Of a DNA stretch of 51,666 bases, positions 40,421 through 51,666 are shown piece after piece. Each line of letters begins with the position of its first letter. Positions within the stretch are counted from its first letter, which is position 1. The notes beneath the pieces were generated by a model that did no database searches, was not told where the DNA came from, and was given only the letters and a program-made list of their open reading frames with translations. Made by a program: the position numbers and the translations under genes. The stretch lies in NCBI GenBank assembly GCA_000697335.1, contig JNEM01008698.1, forward strand, positions 1-51,666, in the 5' to 3' direction. Source of the stretch: Conidiobolus incongruus B7586. Taxonomy: Eukaryota.

Positions 40421-43201
40421 ACACTATATTAATATCAATAATAAATATTTAAAATACTTAAAAATTTAAATATTATAATATAAGTGACGTATTACATATT
40501 TGATACTAGTTGTATTCTCAATATTGTACTAATTTGGTATATATAATTGAATAAATATATTTTTTTCATTTTTATCTACCAATTATCTTCTAACTTTATG
40601 ATTAGAAGGATTTAGCAGATTATTAAATTATAAAATATAATTATCAGATGATCATTTTGTTTTTTTAGAATAGCCCCTGTTTTTATCCAATTATGGTGAT
40701 ATTTAATAATAGAATAGAAAAATAATTTGTTAATATAACCCTATTTGGAAAGTTATATATACAAAGAATTATAGTCATTAAAATAATCACCTAAATTATG
40801 TTAATAATTGATTAAAATAAAATAGTATATGAAGTATATATAACTAATTATAGTATATATTGCAAATTTTAAGAGATATACTGCTAATACTTTACAAATC
40901 ATTTTTTATTCATTATTCATTATTAACCATTAAATGTATTTTTAGAATTGGATTTCTTTCCCACATATAAAAGAATTGTTAGATTATATTTTTAATTATT
41001 ATGGATCAGTTTTTTATTTATACTCATTATTTTCCAATTACGAGATTTAGTGATACTTATACAATATCGGTAATAATTAAAATTTATATAACAAAAAGAT
41101 GTATCGTCTGTATGGCCGTGTTTTTTAAAGCTTGTTCTTAATATTATGAATTTAAAATAATGGTATCACTATAAATATTACAAAAATATAAAATAAATAT
41201 ATATTAATTTGAATTTAATATTTTAATCAGCAGAAGAATAAGTACAATGAATATTGTTTAATTACTTACTATCGATTAAAAATATTTTTTATGCTTAAAG
41301 ATATGATAGTCAAATATTATTTTTTGGTATCTGTCATGTAATACATACTACCATTTATATTTAGTTCTCTAAACTATCATTGACAAAAGACAATATTGTG
41401 AATACTTTAGTTCCACCTTTTTATCCATACAACTGATTAAATTTAATCTTATGTATTGCACATGATCTGAATAATGTGACTGAATATTTTTGGATCCACC
41501 TAAATTGATTTATAGCTTTGAACTTTGATATTGACTCAAAAATATGAGAAAAATATTGATAGATGATTTGTTCTATCAAATATAATATTATCAAAAACAA
41601 TCTAAATATAATCATCTAAAATAAACCAATAATCTTATATTATATGTCTATCATAATCCAACTTGAAGTATATTCTTAGTATTATAACTTATCTAATAGT
41701 TCAATTCTGCTGTTAATGTTTACTTTTAACTAGTTTTATTTATTATTTTTTTCAAATATTAATAGGTATAATTATTTTTATAAAAAATTTTTATTATATG
41801 ATTTTAACTCTGTGTAAAAAAATAACTTTTAAATAGGTGATAGTTTAAAACTGAACATCATAATACATAATTCGAGTCTCAACAATGGATTTCTGATAAA
41901 AAACACTGTTAATAATACTAAAATTATCAACATGAAATATTTATTATACTGAAATCTAAGCATAAATTTATATATATATCTATAAGTGAACCAATTATAA
42001 TTATATTTAAATCAAGGATATTGTCTAATTTTATAAAATAGTTTTTGAATCAATATATATATATTTAACCAATTCAATTATTCAACTAAAAAATTTGGAA
42101 ATTCGCATTAAATAATGAAATAAATCAAATATATAGTTCAAGTTAAATACTCATCTATCAAGATAATAGTGAGTACTTTGTTAAGCTTACATAAAATAAA
42201 ACATAACCATTAACCTGAAAAAACTTGTCGTAGAAGGGCTAATGTACTATATAATCTTTTGGATTACGATGAATTATACTGCTTCAATTAAAAAATTTAA
42301 AAGATAGTTCCAATATTTATGGTATTGCTGTGTTATGTATTATAATTTGTAAATAAATATCACTGATAAATAAGTACTTGTGATACGATTTAGTAAATTA
42401 TTTATTAATGCTGCTCTTTAATATCTTGGGACTGCGTGTCTTAGGCTTACTTACTGTTGAGATGTCGTAGCAGAATATCCAAAAATCTTTCTTTTCTGTC
42501 CTTGTCACTTCTGGGTTTAATTCGTTCAGTGAGTGACATAGGATTTGGATAAATTCTAATAAAAGGAGCTAAAGAATATCATTTGATTATGGACCAACAA
42601 AGCCACTATAAATGAGTGGAAATATGGACTTAACTATCAAATCAAAATGGAGGAGTATTTTCAAAATACAACAATATACATAAAACAAAATATATTATTA
42701 ATTACTATATATTTTGTATAATGGCTCTAAGAATTATAATGGTATTTGTACATGTAACATACCATGAAAAATTATATATCACATAAAACATTATTTTTAT
42801 ATTTAACCAAATATATTTCCAACATAAATTATTATGTTCATTGTACAATTTCTTTTATTGCTAGTGATTTGTTTTTCAGTAAAAACAAAATTGAAAGATA
42901 ATTAAAATCTATAAAATATAAAATAAAAGTATTTTAATATAATATAAATAACTTCAGGCTATTTGCTAAAATAAACTACTATTACATTTGTTTTAAAAAT
43001 AATAAATGTAAATCAACATACAATAAGAATAACATAATTCCAAATATATAACATTTTATATTCTAATAGCTGAACTCAATATTTATTAATGATTTAATGA
43101 AAAGAAATTAGTGTATTATTAAGCATTTTATTAATACCATCTATTATAATACTTCTATAATAATGATTAATCAATATTTTTAAACAATGACTTTAAATTT
43201 A

Positions 43202-44428
43202 TTAGTGTAGAAATTAAGTAATGGCATAATTTTGAAATTAAAATTAAACAAATAAATTAATAAATAATATATAAAAATAAATGAATAATATAAAATTAAT
43301 AGCCTTTTTTATTATTAATAACTCTTTTCTTTACTTTTGGTAAGTTTCTAATACTGAAAAAATAATTCTTTTTATTAAAGACTGAAATTTAATATTTTAT
43401 AAACTAATTTAATATGTTTACCAGAATTTTTCTCCTACAAGCTATTTTTTTAATTGTTTAAAACAATTATAATCATATAGGTTATAATTAAGTAAATATA
43501 CTAGATATAATAATTCTCTTTATTTTTTTTATATAAAAAATCTTTTACAACTTTAACTTAAGTATTTTACAATTATCATGCAAAATAATAGGTGTTTTTA
43601 ATTTATATTAAAAATATTATTTTAAAATAATTTTATTTAAAAAAATTAAATATAATTTATTATTAATTAATTTTCATTGAGGTATTAAATAAAAAAATTT
43701 TATATCATTATAATTTATTACAACAATTAACATTCACTTATATTTAAAATATTTATTTATTAAAATTTACAAAAGGGTTTAATTTAACTTAACTTAATGT
43801 TTTGTTTTATTTTTAAATAAAAAATTATATAAAAGAGTTTAAAATTTATTAATTATAAGTATTTATTATAGAAACTTTTGTTTTTAGTTATATCTTAATA
43901 AGTTTAGTTTAACTATAGTTATTTTAATTTTAAGTTTTTATTAAATTATAAGGTATTTATTTTATATTTTTATTAATTAATTTAAGTTTAAACTTAAGTA
44001 TATATAACATACTTGTATAACTAATATTAAATTAATTTAATAATTCTTTAATAAAAATAAAAAGATATTTCTTAATATATTTTTTTACCTTATTAATAAG
44101 TAAAAAAGTAATAATAAAAATTAATTTTTTAGATTTTAGTAAATTTTAAATAATGTCCCTTCTAATTTTAAAATCACAAATTTAATAATATATTGTAGTT
44201 TTACATAAAATATTATCTTTATAAACTGTTTACAAGTTTTAAATAATTTTAAAGGGTTTATAATTAAGTTTTAAAAATATAAAAATAAAAGCCTTTTGAT
44301 AATTATAATTTAATTTAAACATAATTAAATTTAAGTGTAAATTTTAAAATCAAAATATTTTAATAAAAAAAAATAATTAAAATTGAATATATATATATAT
44401 GTATATAGTTTGGAAATATTTATTTTCC

Positions 44429-44463
<35 letters not shown>

Positions 44464-44536
44464 ATCTTTCAAAATATATAATATATTTGAAAGATCAGAA
44501 ATTAAAAAATTTGCCATTTTTTAATTTCCATACTAT
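43202..44536 (-). mobile_element. Degenerate mariner-type transposon, copy C (full length, ~1335 bp)
   Basis: TA on both sides. TIRs TTAGTGTAGAAATTAAGTAATGGCATAATTTT and (reverse complement) ATAGTATGGAAATTAAAAAATGGCAAATTTTT. Relics K*IPYNL (43942-43962), IILHDNC (HDN at 43572-43580) and LLYLVYLLNYNLYDY. Confidence 0.85.
44387..44462. repeat. (TA)n runs in the 5' non-coding part of mariner copy C
   Basis: Two TA dinucleotide arrays that are much shorter at the equivalent place in copies A and B. Confidence 0.75.
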
Positions 44537-45412
44537 TATATAAAAGTATCAAACATTGTATTAATATTATTATTTTTAAATCAAATTCATTTGTTCTTAT
44601 TTTTTAGAAATACTTATATTTCAAAAATATATATATTTGTTATTAATCCATTATTACAAATTCTTATCTGATGATCTGGGTAATGTCAAGTATTAATACT
44701 TCCTAATATAATTCCCTGAACAATTTTGGAGTTTATCAAGATGAAATATAGAAGTGTTATTTAAAATATACACTGAATTCATAATCTGAATAATGGATAT
44801 TATGTAAAATGAAGAAAATGATTTTTAAAAAAAGCACAAAATATTGTTGACCAAGTTGTGATACTAAAATGATTTGAAACTGAAGATTTTTTATCAACCA
44901 AGATGTTTCATCAATTTGATTATAGATCAGATATTTGACTTAAAACACTCGGACTGATCAATGTAATATTCATCGAAATCAGGATATAAAATGTATAATA
45001 TATATCTGATATCTATGATTAAAGGCATTGTTTCAATGTTAAAATATATCATACAACTATACATAATGATTATTTGATAAAATAAGGTTGATTGAAACAT
45101 TTGAACAAAATACTAAATAAAAAACTAGCTAGGTATAAATCTAATAATAATATCTTTTGAACCCATTTGATTGATTGACGAAACAACTTAGAAGCAAACT
45201 ATTTTTAATTTTTCATTAGCATTTATAAAGTACGCCTTCTTAGTTTAATGACTTATTGTTATACTTTAATATCCATAATTTAATATTTTTTTTGTTTAAT
45301 GCTACTATATTTTATCTTCAAAAATAACTATAATTTGAATCGATTTGTAAATTGATTATGAAATAAAGGAGTTTTTGTATTGGAGGATGAATTGATAAAT
45401 GAGAATAAATCA

Positions 45413-45422
45413 ATCCCATAAT
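45413..45422 (+). promoter_or_regulatory. TCCCATAA candidate promoter element (Csm1-like gene)
   Basis: ATCCCATAAT ~132 nt upstream of the ATG. Confidence 0.5.
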
Positions 45423-45544
45423 GATAATTCAATTAATAATGAAAAGCAAGTAAAATAAATTAATTCATTGTCCACTAATAATCAAAATATTGGTTAAAAT
45501 TAATACTTAAATTAATATAGCGGGTCAATTTATCATTTATAATT

Positions 45545-47309
45545 ATGAGTTCAAGGATAACAAGGTCTCAATCTAATCACAATAATATTAATACATCCAG
45601 CTTTGAAAATATTGACATCAGTGAGAAATCTATTTTAAATAACAGCCAATTTATTCAAACCATTACCAATAAATTATTGGAGAATAATCAAATGAAAGAA
45701 CTAATACACAAAACGAAACATTCTTCGCGCTCTAAAAAGCCTAACAGCGCTTCACAGCCTGTATTTTTCGATGATCAATTCAAAAGATTAGTAACAGAAC
45801 TTGTTCAACAAAACGTTCAACATCTTGCTAAAATTGAGAACCTTCCAAAACAGCAAAAATCGTGTTTAAAAGCTCCCAAACAAAAATCAAACTCTTCTAG
45901 ACGCGTTTCTTTTAATTTGAAAAAGAATGAAAATTTTTTGATACCCGGAAGAGATACTGAAGAATTCAAATCAGAATGGGGAATTGATAGTGATGAAGAT
46001 AATGAAGAATATGAAGATATGGACTTGGATGATGTACAAGATACATCCGATTATGCAGGAGATGACGATGACTATTCAGGCGAGGAAGAGGAAGAAGAAC
46101 ATGGTGAAAATGAATACTCAGCACATAACGACTCATATGAGTACTCTGAACTTTCTCAGTCTGACTTACAAGTGCAAAATCAGCAGTCTTCGACGCCGAA
46201 TTCAGTTAATGGAATAAAGAGAGGGACACCCTCCGAATTTAATTTTGAATCAGCATCCGGTTCTGATAATGAAACTAGTCCTCGAAAACGTTCCAAGTTG
46301 CCTCTTGAAAAAACTGCAAAACCCTATTCTTCCTCCATGAATGCCAAAAGATTAACAACTCAAGCTGTTCATCAAGGTGCATTAGATCAATTACAAAAAG
46401 AAATTCAACAGGTATTTAACTATTCACAATCTATTTTATTAAGCATATTTTAACATAATTTATAGACTGAATCCAAGAACCATAAACTTAAAAAAGAAAT
46501 TGAGCTTTATAAGGAATTGATTCAGGCTCAGCTAGACTTGGAAAAAAAGATTCGAATCAGAAACAGTAATTTATCATTAATTTATCATCCCAAGTATCAT
46601 TAATTAAATTTCTTTTAGGCAATTTAAAAATTCTTGAACAAACTAATAAATCTATAAAGCTTGCACAAAAAGAACTAACTCGTCTAAAACGGGTTGATGT
46701 TAAAAGGCTACTCTCAACTCATTCGAATCAAGTCGACGCTATCATAAATGATCCTAATGCCTCGAAACACTCAAAATCTTCTCTTCTCGATACTCTCATT
46801 CAGCTTACTGCATCCAGCGATGACCGCTATGACCATTTTCCGCAGCTTGCGTTTAAGGAACATCCTAAGAGGGATATTGTATCTCACCCTATAACAGATC
46901 CTTGTTACAGTCTATATACTAGCTTAACAAATCTTGATATCAATTCATTGGTTCCTGTTAAGGCTGACGTGGCTGGTGAGTTAGCTCCTGACAACCCTGA
47001 GCGAATTGCTTCACACGTTTATCAGTGTTCATTAAAGATCCCTCAAGGAAGTAAGTACAATATTTTCTCTCATCAATTAATCATTATTTAATAGTATTTT
47101 TAGAATTTAGATTTTTAATTTATTTATTCTTGAAGGATTCTCAATACGAAGAAGAATATGCTATATATTATCCAATGCTAACTGAATCCAACAAACAGTT
47201 AATGGATGGACTGCCTTCATATCTTTGTCAAGATATTATGTTTAATACTAAGGAATTGACGAATTTTTTGAGAAAGATATTGGATTGTTTTTATAAACCT
47301 CGCAATTAA
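45545..47309 (+). CDS. Csm1/Pcs1 (monopolin)-like protein, 534 aa: disordered acidic N-half, coiled coil, RWD-like C-terminal domain
   Basis: Exons 45545-46411, 46466-46565, 46619-47050 and 47104-47309 splice in frame. C-terminus LYTSLTNLDI...VYQCS...FRFLI...YYPML...LPSYLCQDIMF...FLRKI resembles, by eye, the Csm1 pattern LYxDLTGL..FDC..F.L..Y.P...LPDYL.E.I.F.....F..++. Confidence 0.65.
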
Positions 47310-47592
47310 TGTATTATATTATTTTATCTCTCAACATCATAACAACAAATCATTCGAATCCTGTAAACCTGGTATTTTGTGTGGTTGATTTATTAGCAAT
47401 GGGATAAATTAATTCTACATTAAACATTATTGAATTAAATTCCTATGGGAATCATAGATGGTCGCAAGATAAGTTACTAACTATCAATATTTTATGATAT
47501 CATAGTATCATTTGTAATAAAATTGGATTTAAATATATTACTTGTGTTCAGATTATAAATATTTATTCGTTTGATTTCTTGATTTAAATTTA

Positions 47593-48904
47593 CTAAGGAT
47601 TCAACTGGCAGTTCAATATCTCATCTGTGTATAATGTGCCAATAAGCACCCGATTCAGTTTGGAGTGAGGTGCAGAAACAGTGCCCATTTGATGTTTGCT
47701 GCCATCATGTTCTAATACTGTTTCTGTCTTGAATCGATAGCCATTTGAAGATGTTGAGTCTTTTTGAATTTTAATTCTAATCACTCGGAATGCACATTTC
47801 TGACCTTCTTTTGGTAGTCCAGGAGACATGATATAAGATATTGCTTCAAGGGGTTTGAGTAGACCAGTAACAAAAATATCTCCTGTAGCAGAATCGACAT
47901 TGATATTATCAGGCATAATATCAACAGGAATTGTATCAAAATGGCTGAATTCGATATCACTATTGGCATTTCTAGATATTTTATAAACTTGGATATAAGC
48001 GCCTAAAGTACTTGAAACAAATAAAAACTTTCCATCTTTAGAGGGGGCAATTCCATTTGGAAAACGGATGTGATCAGATATAATTGATATACCGTTAGGC
48101 TTGAAATGGGTAACTAAACCTCCTTTAAAAAATCCAAGAATTTGAAGGCCAAACATTAATTCGCTCTCGAATTTGGAATGGCCAGTAACCAAATAATTAT
48201 TTTCATCAACAAATGTTAGCCCGTTTGGATTAACCAATTTACCAGGCTCACCATATTCAGTTGCAAACCAGCTAAGTTCCTTGGTAGAGGGGTCATAATA
48301 AAATTTTTCGACCGTTTCACTACTGTTTCTCATATGATTTACAACATATAACAAATAATTGTCTCTTTGCATCGAGCTTGCTATCATATCAAAGCCATGA
48401 ACATCCAGGGTGTGACTTCTAGGAAGGTTCTTAATAGACACTTCTTCTAATTGATTAGTCTAATCAATTAAAATGAGGTAAAAAAATTTTTAATTAGATA
48501 TATTTAGTATTGACAATTACCTCCAAGTCAAAGTGATAAAATTTATCCAATTTTTCTTGTTTCATAGGATTCTTGGCTAAATTTCGATATTTAGATTTAC
48601 CCCAAATCTTCTTATATAAAACATCATGTCCACAAGCCAAAATTGCAAAATTCGCATCTCTTGGTATAATAATATCTTCACAACCAGTTGGGCCTAATAA
48701 AGTTTAATAAAGTTAATGAATGAAAATCGTATATAGATATCATAGTCTACCTTTAACTACTTGACAACGTTTATCTGTTAATTCATTTTGAATTGGTAGA
48801 ATATTAAATAAAGGTGCAATATTGGCTTTATAGTGGTTATAAATGTGATAAAAGAATATTGATATAAAGACAATATTGATAGGTGATAGCAATACTTTTG
48901 ACAT
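47593..48904 (-). CDS. Paraoxonase/arylesterase-like six-bladed beta-propeller lactonase
   Basis: Three exons. ATG at 48904, N-terminal hydrophobic anchor, C....GPTGCEDI, HGFD, LYVVNH, NPNG, FPNGI and PDNINVD. Confidence 0.88.
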
Positions 48905-49299
48905 TTTGAATTTGAATTTTAATTTAAAACAAATCGATAAGCTGCCCTTTTTTATATCCTTTCAATTAATTTGATGATGTCAACATTTTTATATTTATTT
49001 GATACATAAAGCCATTTAGTCATTTATGTAAATAATAAAGCGTATTTCAAGTATCGGCCCAAAAAATAAGCCAATTGGATAAACTTACGTGATATATTAT
49101 CAATCAAAACTGCTTATAATAAAATCAAATTTCAGGTACTCAATCTGATAATAAACTAATAATTATTTATAAAATACGGAACTGAAAGTTTCTGACTATA
49201 AATCCTGATTTGTTTAAAACAGCACCTATCTTTGGAATATAACAGTTAAAATAAGTCAATCTACATGTATCTATGAGTTCAAGATTTCAATCATAATAT

Positions 49300-50580
49300 G
49301 TTATTACCGTCTTTGATGTATTATATAATATATGTTGTCAATAAAAATTTTATAATCAAAATACAGTCTTTTGTTTCAGGTATTTGGGTTTTTCATCTAT
49401 ATACTAATAAAAAGAAATGTAATATAATATATTTTCATAAATGATCAATACTATCAACAATTTGTATCATCACGATTCACTCAAATTCTTACACTCATAA
49501 ACTTATTTGCCTCAAAAATCAATTAACAATTTTGTAAGAATTCATGTTTGTATTTAATTATATGAAAATGAAATATTTCTATTAACCCTTTGGCGTTCAA
49601 ATATAAAAAATCAGCTTCAGTATATTTACAGTTATTTGAATACTAAATTTTATTTAGCAATAAGTTTAAAATAAATATAAAATATCAATCTGATTGAACA
49701 AGAAAGTTTATATCCAATTTAATTATAATATCGAAAAACGAATTATCAATATATAGGAATCTTCAACTTTTAATTCCAATTTTATGTTTAATATCTATTT
49801 TGAAGATAGTTTCACGATCTTGAGTAAGAAAAATTATAACTATGATTATTTATGATAAGTTTTAGTTAAAAAATGTGAAAGGATTAGACTATTTTTGATG
49901 GTTCTGGTCAATTCATCGCTTACATTTAATCAATTTTTAAAGAATCTGTTGAATTGACAGAATTAATGCTTCAAATAGATGTATAAAAAAATTCAATTTC
50001 TTTATGGAATAATTCAAATGAAGGCTGATAGAAGCAATCACCATAGTTACAGAAATTCATCAAATGTTTCTTAATTATCCATCCATCCGTTTATAAAACT
50101 GATTATTTTTAATACACTTAGCCAATATTTTAATAACTAAAATTTAATTATTTTTAACTTGTCATTAATTTCATTGTAACATTATTGGATCAAATATTCA
50201 AATGTTAACATTTTGAATCCTATCAATTTCTGAGCAATATATAAAATTTATATATATCTCAATACAAAAAATATATATCAAGAACTAGTACTATAGAAAT
50301 TATCATACTTCAAAGTTAATCAAATACTAAACTTTCTAAATAGGTTTTATATGAAATAATCTATAGAAAAAGGAATACTGAGTTTTATACAAAATTCAGT
50401 ATTATTTAGTTAAATTGAATATTATAATACTATATCAAACAATTATAACTAAATAATAGTAAATTTCTTAAATTTTTATTATATCCATAATACTTTGATT
50501 GGGCATTACCAAGATATTTTCAAATATTATTAATTATTAGAAAATATATTTAGTTAAAAATAGTATTATATAGTAATATG
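49300..50580 (-). pseudogene. Probable decayed fungal TF MHR-like gene
   Basis: Fragments LLKILAKCIK and LRNI**ISVTMVIASISL (~50020-50075; WW read as TGA TGA). Many stops. Boundaries approximate. Confidence 0.28.
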
Positions 50581-50893
50581 TCTTATATTATATTAATCAT
50601 ATTTTCATTTTGAATGTCAATTGCTATGAACTAAGTAAAAATTATAGGAAAGATTTAATATTTTCTTTATTTAAATATTGTAAAATTGTGATACTATATG
50701 TGTATTTTCTTATTCATCAAAATGAGTAAATTTTATGACGCTAAATGCAATAATATTTTATATAAAGAATATGTTAATGACTAATGTTATATTGTGATTC
50801 TAGATTATGTATATCTTCAGAATTTACTTTAGTAAGAACAAATATAATAAAAGCTTAATATATTTTAAGAATAGCCATTATAAAGATTTATTT

Positions 50894-51666
50894 ATACTCT
50901 GTATTTTAAATAATGGGAATTTTTGCAATTAAAAATAAATAAACACTTTAATATATAATAAATAAAAATAATAATATAATATAAATTTAATAGTTTTTTT
51001 ATTATTAATAACTTTTTATTATAATTTTAACAAACTTTAAACACTTAAAAAACTATTCTTTGTATTAAAGGTTAAAATTTATTGTTTTATAAACCAATTA
51101 AATTTTCTTATAGAAATTTTCTTTTTTACAAACTAGATTTTTAATTACTTAAAGCAATTATAATCACATAAGTTATAATCTAAATAATATATTAGATGTG
51201 GTAGTTTATTCCAGTTATTTTTAATTAGAAATTTTTTCACAACTTAATGTATTTTATAATCATTATATAAAATAATAAGTTTTTTAAATTATATTAAGAA
51301 TAATAATTAAAAATAGTTTTATTTAAAAAAATAATATATATTTTATTACTAATTGATTTTTTTTAAATATTAAATAAAAATAACATATACTATTATAATT
51401 TATTATAATAATTAATATTTACTTATTAATAAAATATTTATACAAAGGATTGTTTTAATTTAATATTTTGATTTATATTTTAATAAATAATTATACAAAA
51501 AGATTTAAAATTCATCAATTATAATTATTTATTATAAATGTTTAAATCTTTAATAATATTTTAATAGGTTTTGTTTAATAATAATGACTTTAACTTATTT
51601 TAAGCTTTAATTAAATTATAAGGTACTTATTTTATATTTTTATTAATTATTTTAAATTTAAATTTT
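50894..51666 (-). mobile_element. Degenerate mariner-type transposon, copy D (runs off the window end)
   Basis: Collinear with 43210-43990. Relics LPHLIYYLDYNLCDY (~51160-51204), IIIDEF* (DE at 51511-51516) and K*VPYNL (51612-51632). Confidence 0.85.

Overview
Very AT-rich eukaryotic nuclear DNA with short (~45-60 nt) GT-AG introns. The gene content is fungal; the style suggests an early-diverging lineage such as Conidiobolus-like Entomophthoromycotina, which is an inference only. Intact protein genes: a secreted Thr/Lys-Pro-Tyr mucin-like repeat protein, mitochondrial rhomboid protease (PCP1/PARL), TSR3, TFB4, a PQ-loop vacuolar transporter, SEC22, RIX7, LSG1, an MFS sugar porter, a peroxisomal catalase, a Csm1/Pcs1-like protein, a paraoxonase-like propeller and two small secreted orphans. 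RNA genes: tRNA-Cys(GCA) and tRNA-Glu(CUC). The apparently empty AT-rich spacers hold hidden structure. There are four copies of one ~1.3 kb mariner-type transposon, so eroded by C>T/G>A changes that no ORF survives; its TIRs, TA target duplications and WVPH/DE/HDN/YSPD motifs can be rebuilt by comparing copies. One copy interrupts a dead tandem paralog of the rhomboid gene, and several spacers look like decayed fungal transcription-factor genes. The best leads are a possible RIP-like genome-defence process, a Csm1-like protein carrying a KNL1-style SCLK-RRVSF PP1-docking module, and an oriented TCCCATAA motif upstream of five housekeeping genes.
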